A DNA stretch of 64,000 nucleotides from an uncultured virus (IMG/VR IMGVR_UViG_3300037067_011710) (taxonomy: Duplodnaviria; Heunggongvirae; Uroviricota; Caudoviricetes). Positions 29,501 to 36,995 of the stretch are shown here, one piece after another. The number at the start of each line of letters is the position of its first letter. The first letter of the stretch is position 1. The stretch is taken from IMG/VR virus record IMGVR_UViG_3300037067_011710. The stretch is one strand, 5' to 3'. A model generated the notes under the pieces. That model did no database searches, was not told the origin of the DNA, and saw nothing but the letters and a program-made list of their open reading frames with translations. Position numbers and translations under genes: made by a program.

Positions 29501-29632
29501 GTTTAACGTGTGCCGTGTTATGCTCGTGCCGACCTATACGATGGGCACTCAACTCCATCATTCTCTAAGTCACAACCCTCTGCACGTAAAGCACATGATG
29601 GGCAAAGGCATGGCATAACGCGGCTGTTGTGC
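29501..29632 (-). repeat. attC-like site 9
   Basis: AAC-GTGT-GCCGTGTTATGC...GCATAACGCGGC-T-GTT. Confidence 0.8.
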
Positions 29633-29745
29633 GAAGGTTTTAACTCCTCCGCAGATTTAGCGCATTTGTGGTCAACTGCTAATTCACGAGTCGGAAACTT
29701 CGCCTCGCACTTATCGCACTGATAAAAAGTAAGTATTGTTCTCAA
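29518..29745 (-). CDS. Zn-finger-like small protein (cassette 9)
   Basis: AGGAGG SD, TTG start; YQCDKCEAKF...HKC. Confidence 0.6.
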   Translation of the reverse strand: MRTILTFYQCDKCEAKFPTRELAVDHKCAKSAEELKPSHNSRVMPCLCPSCALRAEGCDLENDGVECPSYRSARA

Positions 29746-29778
29746 ATGCGCCTCCTAAATAAAAGCGTTAAAACTTTT

Positions 29779-29918
29779 GTACAACGGGTTGCTAAACGGG
29801 TTTAGTTTGCCCGTTGGTTGACACAGGGTTTATCGAAACATTTAAGCGTCGTCATCTCGGAAAAGCACTTCTCTCCGTGTTTGAAAAAAGGGCAAATTGA
29901 ACCCTTTGGCTGTTGCAC
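29779..29918 (-). repeat. attC-like site 10
   Basis: AAC-GGGTT-GCTAAA-C-GGGTTTAGTTTGCCC...GGGCAAATTGAACCC-TTTGGC-T-GTT. Confidence 0.85.
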
Positions 29919-30098
29919 GTCTGTGGCCGGTGACTCCACCTGTTGCCGGGCGACAACCTCAGCCCCGATAATAGTATAGTGCGGATACTCAGCGATTAGG
30001 CGCTCCACCTCCGGAAGTTGTACGTCTACCGTTTTAAGCGAAAACTCACTTTGATCGAATCCGCACTGGTGGCACTCTCGTAAAATGATTCTTAACAT
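29802..30098 (-). CDS. Hypothetical protein (cassette 10)
   Basis: 98-aa ORF filling the cassette. Confidence 0.6.
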   Translation of the reverse strand: MLRIILRECHQCGFDQSEFSLKTVDVQLPEVERLIAEYPHYTIIGAEVVARQQVESPATDVQQPKGSICPFFKHGEKCFSEMTTLKCFDKPCVNQRAN

Positions 30099-30151
30099 AT
30101 AAGCTCTTTCGTTTTAGCCCGGCTTACAATCGTGATCTCACCGGGCATTGC

Positions 30152-30240
30152 GTGCAACGGTTTGCCGCACAGCCGAAGCTGGCGACTACAATTTATCTTC
30201 CACAGCCGACTTCGCCAGTTTTGGCTTGCGGCTGTTGGCT
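30152..30240 (-). repeat. attC-like site 11
   Basis: AAC-GGTTT-GCCGCA-C-AGCCGAAGCTGGCGA...TCGCCAGTTTTGGCT-TGCGGC-T-GTT. Confidence 0.85.
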
Positions 30241-30917
30241 GTTGTAAATCGCGCTTCCGAAGTGTTCTCCGGGGCGCTCCTCGCGCACACGATGTGCGCT
30301 CTTAATTGTTTTCCAATGTACTCGGTGTACGCAGGTGGGATTGCCTCAGAAAGCTCTTCCCGAGTAACCCACCAATCTACGCCCATTGCCAATGCTCCAT
30401 CAGCCCGCTTATAGTTATGCCCTGCGCATGTGATGAAATCGTAGTTCTCTAAAGTGTGATAGCACCCCTTCGATGGGGCCATACGACCCCAGTGGTTACA
30501 GGAGCCGGGAAGCATGATCAGGAAATTCGATTCGAATTTACGATGTCGAAGCACCCGCAAATTAAACATTGTTCCGCACAAAGTTATAGCGTTGATTAGT
30601 GGGGCATCGGGGACGTTTTCTATAACGAAAGGGACTCCGGATTGCTTTAGTCTTTCGCGAACAGGAGCCACCAAATCCGGGTAGTCAATTTCTGGATGCA
30701 GATACGCAAGTCTGGAATATTTTTGACATGGCGGGCTGGCGTGTATTGCATCAAAACCTGAAATAGGATACGTTGTTGCGTCTGCCTGGTGAAACTCGAA
30801 CGGGTAATGCGGCTGCGGGTTAATATCCACCCCGACCACGTCGAAGCCAGCGCGGCTATAGCCGACACTGCAACCGCCAGCCCCGCAGAACAAATCAAGT
30901 AATTTTGGTTTTCGCAT
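30186..30917 (-). CDS. DNA (cytosine-5)-methyltransferase, short phage type (cassette 11)
   Basis: LLDLFCGAGG, HASPPCQ, IENV, EAIPPAYTEYIG. Confidence 0.9.
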   Translation of the reverse strand: MRKPKLLDLFCGAGGCSVGYSRAGFDVVGVDINPQPHYPFEFHQADATTYPISGFDAIHASPPCQKYSRLAYLHPEIDYPDLVAPVRERLKQSGVPFVIENVPDAPLINAITLCGTMFNLRVLRHRKFESNFLIMLPGSCNHWGRMAPSKGCYHTLENYDFITCAGHNYKRADGALAMGVDWWVTREELSEAIPPAYTEYIGKQLRAHIVCARSAPENTSEARFTTANSRKPKLAKSAVEDKL

Positions 30918-30996
30918 TTTGTCTTTCGCGGCCCCGGACGGGCCGATTCTGTTTTGCGCCCCGGCTATAATAATTTGCCTTTGCGCGATTTATTGC

Positions 30997-31069
30997 AGCT
31001 AACGTGTTGCGGCATAGGTGACGTTCGGCTTTGCGAATGTGCGAAGCGAACACCTTGCCGCTGTTATAC
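30997..31069 (-). repeat. attC-like site 12
   Basis: AAC-GTGTT-GCGGCA-T-AGGT..GTTCG...CGAAC-ACCT-TGCCGC-T-GTT. Confidence 0.85.
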
Positions 31070-31093
31070 GGCGTTTGAAAAGTTTACCACCAG

Positions 31094-31675
31094 TCATAAT
31101 GCGCCCCACTGTTCCGCCATGGCACGCGCGATTCCGCTGTACGTGATGGAACGAATGAGATGCCGGTTGGGACTCGGCGGCAACTTGTGAATACGACCAA
31201 CTCTTCCGGAGACAATATCGGTTGCCCGGAGAGCCGGAAGCCCACTTAACCACAAACAAGTTGCTTTAGTTTCACCATGACCGAACTGCCACGGATGTAC
31301 TATTTGCGTATACCGTTTACCAATGATCTCAAGTGCCTTTCCGTGAGGAATGGGATTTTCGACGCAGATGCTTTTTGCGTTGGCATTAAGGCACTTCTCA
31401 AAAAAATGGCAAGCCTGCACCATTTTGCACCATCGACCCGGTTGAGTATAAAGCCAACGCACACCGCTGTTGCAGAGATAAGTACAATCCGGGTGTGCAA
31501 TAACTAAATCCCATTCCTCGCATAATAACTCGGAGACATCCCCATGGATATGCGAACCCCGCTCCGAACTGGATGGAAGTAAATCGCAAGATACGGCATG
31601 GTGACCGTACTCAAGAAAGGAATCGCGCACCGTTCCGCTGAACTCACACGCTACGAGAATTTTTTTAGGGCGCAT
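31094..31675 (-). CDS. DNA cytosine methyltransferase-like protein, minimal phage family (cassette 12)
   Basis: ILVACEFSGTVRD, WDLVIAHPDCTYL, ENP, PWQFGH..KATCLWL, RSITYSGIARAMAEQWG. Confidence 0.8.
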   Translation of the reverse strand: MRPKKILVACEFSGTVRDSFLEYGHHAVSCDLLPSSSERGSHIHGDVSELLCEEWDLVIAHPDCTYLCNSGVRWLYTQPGRWCKMVQACHFFEKCLNANAKSICVENPIPHGKALEIIGKRYTQIVHPWQFGHGETKATCLWLSGLPALRATDIVSGRVGRIHKLPPSPNRHLIRSITYSGIARAMAEQWGAL

Positions 31676-31707
31676 TTATAATCTCCAGAAACTTTTCAAA
31701 TGTTGTA

Positions 31708-32061
31708 TAACTACTTCAAAGCCGTAATGGCCCTGCGTATCTCGTTGATCCTGTTAATATCTCTTTCTTTAAGAAAATCCATTTTCTTTCCAATCTTTCT
31801 TAAAAACGAAGCTACTATCGCATGTACGTTATCCNNNNNNNNNNNNNNNNNNNNNNNNNNNNNNNNNNNNNNNNNNNNNNNNNNNNNNNNNNNNNNNNNN
31901 NNNNNNNNNNNNNNNNNNNNNNNNNNNNNNNNNNTAACTACTTCAAAGCCGTAATGGCCCTGCGTATCTCGTTGATCCTGTTAATATCTCTTTCTTTAAG
32001 AAAATCCATTTTCTTTCCAATCTTTCTTAAAAACGAAGCTACTATCGCATGTACGTTATCC
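31708..32061. other. Scaffold gap (100 N) flanked by a 127-bp duplicated overlap
   Basis: 31708-31834 equals 31935-32061. Confidence 0.9.
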
Positions 32062-32183
32062 GAAACAGTTCCTCCAGCAAACCCATAAAGAATATTTATC
32101 TCTGCCTCATATAAATAAACTTTGTGCTGTATTCGGACACGATTTCTAGCCATTTTAATGGCAGTGTGATCAGTTGCAATCAT
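31938..32183 (-). CDS. Hypothetical protein whose TAG stop overlaps the array entry GTT
   Basis: 81-aa ORF; TTGAAG-TAG-TTA. Confidence 0.65.
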   Translation of the reverse strand: MIATDHTAIKMARNRVRIQHKVYLYEAEINILYGFAGGTVSDNVHAIVASFLRKIGKKMDFLKERDINRINEIRRAITALK

Positions 32184-33010
32184 TTTAGAGGATCAGCCTG
32201 TCGTTGCGTTATCCGAAATGCTTCTATCATCGCCCGATATTTCGCCCGGTCTTTGTCACTAGACTTGGGAAGCGAAAAATATTTGTCCGCAATTTTTATT
32301 TGCGCTTCAACCTCTTTGGATGTCATTGGCGACTGCTTGCCATCGTTGAAATCAACGTCAGTGTTCTTCACACGCTCACCACGAGCAATCCGGTCGATAA
32401 CCTCAGTTTGTACACCCCTACGTGCTCTGGCCGTCTTAAGTGCAGCCGTTGGGCTTATAGCTCCTTCTTTTACGGCCTGCCTGATATCGGCAGGAGCTTC
32501 GAGCAGTTTGATAAGGTCCCTGATGTGCTGGTCACTACACCCGAGTCTCTTTGCAATATCTGATTTTTTCATTCCACCATCAACCAATTCTTTTATGGCT
32601 GATGCCTTATCGTCTGCACAAAGAGGCTCTGTGGTGGTACCATAGGAAAGCTGTTTCAGTATCAGATCAGCTCCAGAAAGCTTTTTTCCGCAAACTTTCT
32701 CTTCGAGTTCACAGTACAGCTCTGTTTTTTCCCATGATAAATTGGCAATTGCATAATTTGCAGCCCTGTGACGACGTTCTCCGTCAGTGTACTCGAACCA
32801 TTCCTCATCGTCCGACAGATATCCCCTTACAGGATCGCGCTGCCCCTCAAGGACTAGGCTATTCGCCAGTACCGCTATCGACTCTTGCGGGAATTGAGTC
32901 CGTATGTTCCGTTCCCCTCGGCGTATCTTGGATATCTGTATCCAATACCCGTTTCCGTCCCGGCGCACCCATGTCTTGTCCCTGATCCCCATCGTTTTTA
33001 TCCTTTCCAA
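32180..33010 (-). CDS. ParB-like nuclease/HTH protein
   Basis: GQRDPV...TDGERRHRA; HTH KKSDIAKRLGCSDQHI. Confidence 0.8.
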   Translation of the reverse strand: MERIKTMGIRDKTWVRRDGNGYWIQISKIRRGERNIRTQFPQESIAVLANSLVLEGQRDPVRGYLSDDEEWFEYTDGERRHRAANYAIANLSWEKTELYCELEEKVCGKKLSGADLILKQLSYGTTTEPLCADDKASAIKELVDGGMKKSDIAKRLGCSDQHIRDLIKLLEAPADIRQAVKEGAISPTAALKTARARRGVQTEVIDRIARGERVKNTDVDFNDGKQSPMTSKEVEAQIKIADKYFSLPKSSDKDRAKYRAMIEAFRITQRQADPLK

Positions 33011-33281
33011 AAAGATTCAACTGCTCAACCCCTCCGCGAACTATAACCATTGCCTCGGCAATCATGTTCGCCTTTCGATTGATTACAGCATCGAATTCCA
33101 TCTTTATCTCATTTCCCCACTCTTTCGACGGCACGGTGAGTAAGTCGAGTTTCTTTCCCCACTTCACTTTTATGGTGCCATCCTTCCGAGCAACAACAAG
33201 TATTCGTATACCTCGAAGAGTCTTTTCCAGCTTGTTGAGGTCACGTACTTGCTTATCAATACTATTCATTTGTTCCTCCAC
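32859..33281 (-). CDS. Hypothetical protein
   Basis: 140-aa ORF in operon. Confidence 0.55.
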   Translation of the reverse strand: MEEQMNSIDKQVRDLNKLEKTLRGIRILVVARKDGTIKVKWGKKLDLLTVPSKEWGNEIKMEFDAVINRKANMIAEAMVIVRGGVEQLNLFGKDKNDGDQGQDMGAPGRKRVLDTDIQDTPRGTEHTDSIPARVDSGTGE

Positions 33282-33471
33282 ACTTTATCCGATGCGCCAC
33301 CGTGATGGCATCGTTAATAATGTCGGCGTTCGGAATATCTTTAACTCCATCAACCCGACGTTCCCGAACCATTACTTGCTCAAGATCAGCAAGTTTACCA
33401 CTGTTTGCTCCAGTGATGGTAACCATAACACCAGAGCATTTACCTATTGACATTTCTTTTTTTGCTGGCAT
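33262..33471 (-). CDS. Small DNA-binding-like protein
   Basis: 69-aa ORF. Confidence 0.5.
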   Translation of the reverse strand: MPAKKEMSIGKCSGVMVTITGANSGKLADLEQVMVRERRVDGVKDIPNADIINDAITVAHRIKCGGTNE

Positions 33472-33498
33472 AATTTAAATATAATGAATAATTGTTAT

Positions 33499-35523
33499 CT
33501 ATGCAAATATTTTGTTGTAAATATTTTCAGGTATTTGCCGCTTGTACTTTTTCAAAATATGCTTAGCAAGTACCGCCTGTTTTGCGGTAATCGATTCGCG
33601 CTCCGATAGCTCATGCCCTATCTTGGTATCAATTTTATTATATCCAATGTCGTTCAATGACCGCGCGTAATCTCCGTCCATACCGCTCATATATTTCAAA
33701 GCGGCGTGAATCTCTTGAACTATTTCAGTGGTCAAACCATGCGCCTCTTCGATAATCCGTTCACGCTTCAGCCACCGTGTCGATTTCTCAACTTTTACTT
33801 CCCGATTCTGCACGGTATTCAGTGCCGATTCTACTACCTCCTGTTTTTCAATGAGCGTTTTTGCCATCAGAACATCAATTGAATCCTTGAGTACCAGGTG
33901 ATACACATTTACCGTGTCGGTCTGACCTATTCTATGAAGTCGGTCTTCGACCTGAGAAAGGTCGCCAGGGGTCCAAGGAAGCTCTACAACGTCGATCACC
34001 GATGCCGCGGTAAGGGTTATCCCTACTCCTGCAGCCTTGATCCCCAAAACGGCCACGCGACACTTTGGATCAGTTTGAAACCAGTCCACCAACTGCTGAC
34101 GCTGGTCTATTGGAGTATCACCGTAAATGGCAACTGATTCGTCTTTCCAATGGTTTGCAATCGCCTCGATCATTTCGTGGTGCCATGCCGCGATAACCAC
34201 TTTGTCAGAATTTTCAAGTTGATCTTCAACGAATTTTATCACATAGGGAATCTTTGCGATAGCCGTGGATTTTCGCATTGCAGCCATTTCGTCAAACCTA
34301 AATTTATTTTCAGACTCCAACCGTTCGATTGCCACTTTATAAGCATGTTCATCATCGTCGGCCTTGGCAATCTCAACAGCTACTTCAAGAGCTTCGGTGT
34401 TTGTTCGTTCGATATATTCCTTCTCCCGGTTGATCGCTGCCACTACCGTGCTGTCGGTTTCGTCGTATTCGAGTTCGATAACCTGCCTCACTTTTGGAGG
34501 AAGTTCGGTAAGCACATCTTTTTTCAGTCGGCGTATCATTATCGTCTCACGAAGTTTAACCTGAAGTTCCTCAAGCTTTTCATCTGAAGCGTGGCCTTTA
34601 AAATCCATGCCATACCCGTTACTATGTACGTCGCAGTACCGTTTATGAAAATACCAAAACGTCTTTTGATTCCAGTGCTCCGGATCGAGTAGGGAAATCA
34701 ACGGCCATAACTCTGCTGGTCGATTGCATACTGGCGTCCCGGTCAGCCCGATAATGTGCGCTGCATCCAATTTGTTGTACACCCGCTCGTCGTCTTTTTT
34801 ACTTCCCCCGGCTATCGACCTGAAGCCAAGTGTTCGAGTATTCCTGATAAAATGCATTTCATCCAGAATAACGAGATCCCACTTTATACTCGTTACCCGC
34901 TGGTTGTTTTCCAGCTTCCGCAGCACCTCATAATTGATCACCACAAAATCGTACCCGTCTTCAGGCATCGGAACCCTCTTTGAATCCCCTATAGCCATTT
35001 TAAATGACCTGGTGAGCCACCGTTCAGCTTCGTTGATCCAATTGGTTTTAATCGATGCTGGACACACTACAAGAACGGTTTTAACACTCGGATTGCAGTT
35101 GATAAACCCAAGCGCCTGAATCGTTTTCCCGACGCCCATTTCGTCACAATTGAGAGTATTCACACGCTGCAACGAATACTCGATTCCAGCTTTCTGAAAC
35201 GGATAGTAGTCATATCCTTCAGGATGCGGAAATTCCATTTTAGAACTCGCCGCTCTGCTTGCTGCGAGGCTTACCGTCTGGTGAACTTTTATCCCGGCAA
35301 GTTCTTCACGAAGTTCGGTGGATACTGCATACTCCGCCAGTTTCGCGGCCTTGTCCCGGTCAATGGTATACCACACTTTTTTCGTCGGGCACCATCCAAA
35401 CCCTGCAGTTTTTGGAATCATCCGCTCATCGTATGTGGATTGCAGATAATAAACAGTGTCGTCTTCATGAACCCACCGAGCCCAGTCACCATTTCCATTA
35501 TCGATAGTAGTAAGGAGTTTCAT
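33499..35523 (-). CDS. SNF2-family helicase (HARP/SMARCAL1-like)
   Basis: DEMGVGKT, ILDEMH, LTGTP, GVGITLT, QVEDRLHRIGQ. Confidence 0.92.
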   Translation of the reverse strand: MKLLTTIDNGNGDWARWVHEDDTVYYLQSTYDERMIPKTAGFGWCPTKKVWYTIDRDKAAKLAEYAVSTELREELAGIKVHQTVSLAASRAASSKMEFPHPEGYDYYPFQKAGIEYSLQRVNTLNCDEMGVGKTIQALGFINCNPSVKTVLVVCPASIKTNWINEAERWLTRSFKMAIGDSKRVPMPEDGYDFVVINYEVLRKLENNQRVTSIKWDLVILDEMHFIRNTRTLGFRSIAGGSKKDDERVYNKLDAAHIIGLTGTPVCNRPAELWPLISLLDPEHWNQKTFWYFHKRYCDVHSNGYGMDFKGHASDEKLEELQVKLRETIMIRRLKKDVLTELPPKVRQVIELEYDETDSTVVAAINREKEYIERTNTEALEVAVEIAKADDDEHAYKVAIERLESENKFRFDEMAAMRKSTAIAKIPYVIKFVEDQLENSDKVVIAAWHHEMIEAIANHWKDESVAIYGDTPIDQRQQLVDWFQTDPKCRVAVLGIKAAGVGITLTAASVIDVVELPWTPGDLSQVEDRLHRIGQTDTVNVYHLVLKDSIDVLMAKTLIEKQEVVESALNTVQNREVKVEKSTRWLKRERIIEEAHGLTTEIVQEIHAALKYMSGMDGDYARSLNDIGYNKIDTKIGHELSERESITAKQAVLAKHILKKYKRQIPENIYNKIFA

Positions 35524-35735
35524 TTCGTCGGACTCCCAAAAGATACAGAGTGTTCTCCTTCAGAAATATGGGTGCGACACCACCGAAAATGATCTCGATG
35601 GGCAATATCTAAAATTTGTTCTTCAGTTTCGTTTTCTGCCGAAACAATTAAAACCATCGTTCCCTGCGCCTTATCGTAATCAACTCGTACTTTCATGTTC
35701 ACCACCCTTTCTTGATTAATATCAAATATAATCAA
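35520..35735 (-). CDS. Hypothetical protein
   Basis: 71-aa ORF coupled to the helicase. Confidence 0.5.
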   Translation of the reverse strand: MIIFDINQERVVNMKVRVDYDKAQGTMVLIVSAENETEEQILDIAHRDHFRWCRTHISEGEHSVSFGSPTK

Positions 35736-35741
35736 TTAAGG

Positions 35742-36239
35742 TTATGGTGTCAATAGTTTTTTATACTCTTCTGCAATTTTTTCAAATTTGTCGATTTCTT
35801 TTATGGCTTCATCCACGCTTCGACACACCTTCCATTCCTCACCTTCCCACTTCTGCTTGCCGTGGAGCTTGCCGATCGCTCTACCCTTACTGTCCTGGGT
35901 CTTTAGTTCCAACAACAGCGCCAGAGCCAAACCGTCGCCCAGCGGAATTATCACCGTGTTGTCCGGTTGTCCTCCGAACATACCGAAAAACCATTTCTGT
36001 ATACCAGCCGGAGCTTTCATCTTTATCCAGCGAAAAAAGCCGTCCGGTATCCGATAGTACTTCAACCGCTTCAACGCCAAGTATTCGTCCACCGCTCCCT
36101 GCATCAGCGATTCGGGGCACTCTGCCACCATGGTTTTACTCTCGTCGGGTTGACTCCATCGTTTTTTTGGGAACATCATACCTTGTCCTTTTAAAAAACC
36201 CCCTACGCCGTATTCCGCCACGCATCCGGCCGAGTACAA
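35742..36239 (-). CDS. VRR-NUC-like PD-(D/E)XK nuclease (putative resolvase)
   Basis: GQPD...LELKT...GKL..KQ...VCRSVDEA. Confidence 0.7.
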   Translation of the reverse strand: MYSAGCVAEYGVGGFLKGQGMMFPKKRWSQPDESKTMVAECPESLMQGAVDEYLALKRLKYYRIPDGFFRWIKMKAPAGIQKWFFGMFGGQPDNTVIIPLGDGLALALLLELKTQDSKGRAIGKLHGKQKWEGEEWKVCRSVDEAIKEIDKFEKIAEEYKKLLTP

Positions 36240-36286
36240 TCATCACTAATCACATCTATCACTGGCAGTTATTTTATAGGGGGAAA

Positions 36287-36679
36287 TTATTGATATCCAA
36301 ACGTTAAATCACTTGTTTCGTTTTTTTTGATTACGTACTCAAACTTTATTCGAGTAATCTCTATATCATCAGGACACTTGTTTGCATTGCAGAACATTTT
36401 AATAAATTGTTTTGGTGTCATTTTTGGAAACCCTTCGAGAAAACAGTCTCTCTGTGTTATTTCGTTCAACATTTGCCTTGCGGTCGATACCACTTTTATA
36501 ACGGTAATCTTTTTTATCTTCTCACCCTTTTTCAATCCTTGACATTTTTCAACAACCTGAACGTATTCTCCAACCTTTAAAAATCTCCATCCAAGTCGTC
36601 TGGTAACAAATTTAGTTTTATTCCGTATCTGTTCAGTCGTCAGAGAAAAACTCATATTCCTCATATTTCCTCCACACAA
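36287..36679 (-). CDS. ASCH-domain protein
   Basis: MRNMSFSLTTEQIRNKTKFVTRRLGW...EGF...RIKFEY. Confidence 0.8.
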   Translation of the reverse strand: MCGGNMRNMSFSLTTEQIRNKTKFVTRRLGWRFLKVGEYVQVVEKCQGLKKGEKIKKITVIKVVSTARQMLNEITQRDCFLEGFPKMTPKQFIKMFCNANKCPDDIEITRIKFEYVIKKNETSDLTFGYQ

Positions 36680-36846
36680 TCAAATTTGACCATTATAGCA
36701 ACCGACCCGTTTCCTTTGGTAACATCTTTATACTCATCAAACATTTTTTGACTTACTTCCCTATCGGCAATAGGGATTATAAAATGTTCGTTATTCTTTG
36801 GAGATCCTTTTAGCCTGTAATGGTGATAGGCTTCTAATTTTGGCAT
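36661..36846 (-). CDS. Hypothetical protein
   Basis: 61-aa ORF in operon. Confidence 0.45.
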   Translation of the reverse strand: MPKLEAYHHYRLKGSPKNNEHFIIPIADREVSQKMFDEYKDVTKGNGSVAIMVKFDCVEEI

Positions 36847-36995
36847 TTAATTTTTACTTGGCATTGGTAAAAAAACATCTGATATTTTAACATTCGTTGC
36901 AATACCATACCTATATCTACACTCGTCGCACAACCACGTACCATCAGTGCATAGGTGAGGGTATTCCGCCCCACAATTAGGGCATACTGGATAAC

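Larger units (their letters stand above)
25835..31711 (-). mobile_element. Integron-like array of 12 gene cassettes with non-canonical attC-like sites; no integrase in window
   Basis: 13 AAC/GTT cores (plus-strand C at 25841, 26994, 27423, 27810, 28167, 28527, 28956, 29228, 29507, 29785, 30158, 31003, 31711); a hairpin beside each of the first 12; cassette-specific terminal complementarity; one exact core-to-core duplication. Confidence 0.88.

Noticed and set aside
25835..31711. CRISPR array or diversity-generating retroelement as an explanation of the repeats
   Set aside because: There are no identical short repeats with spacers, no reverse transcriptase, and the 435-bp copies show no adenine-specific differences.
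31700..32088. Apparent tandem duplication and X-containing ORFs around the N run
   Set aside because: This is a 127-bp contig overlap across a scaffold gap, not a biological repeat.
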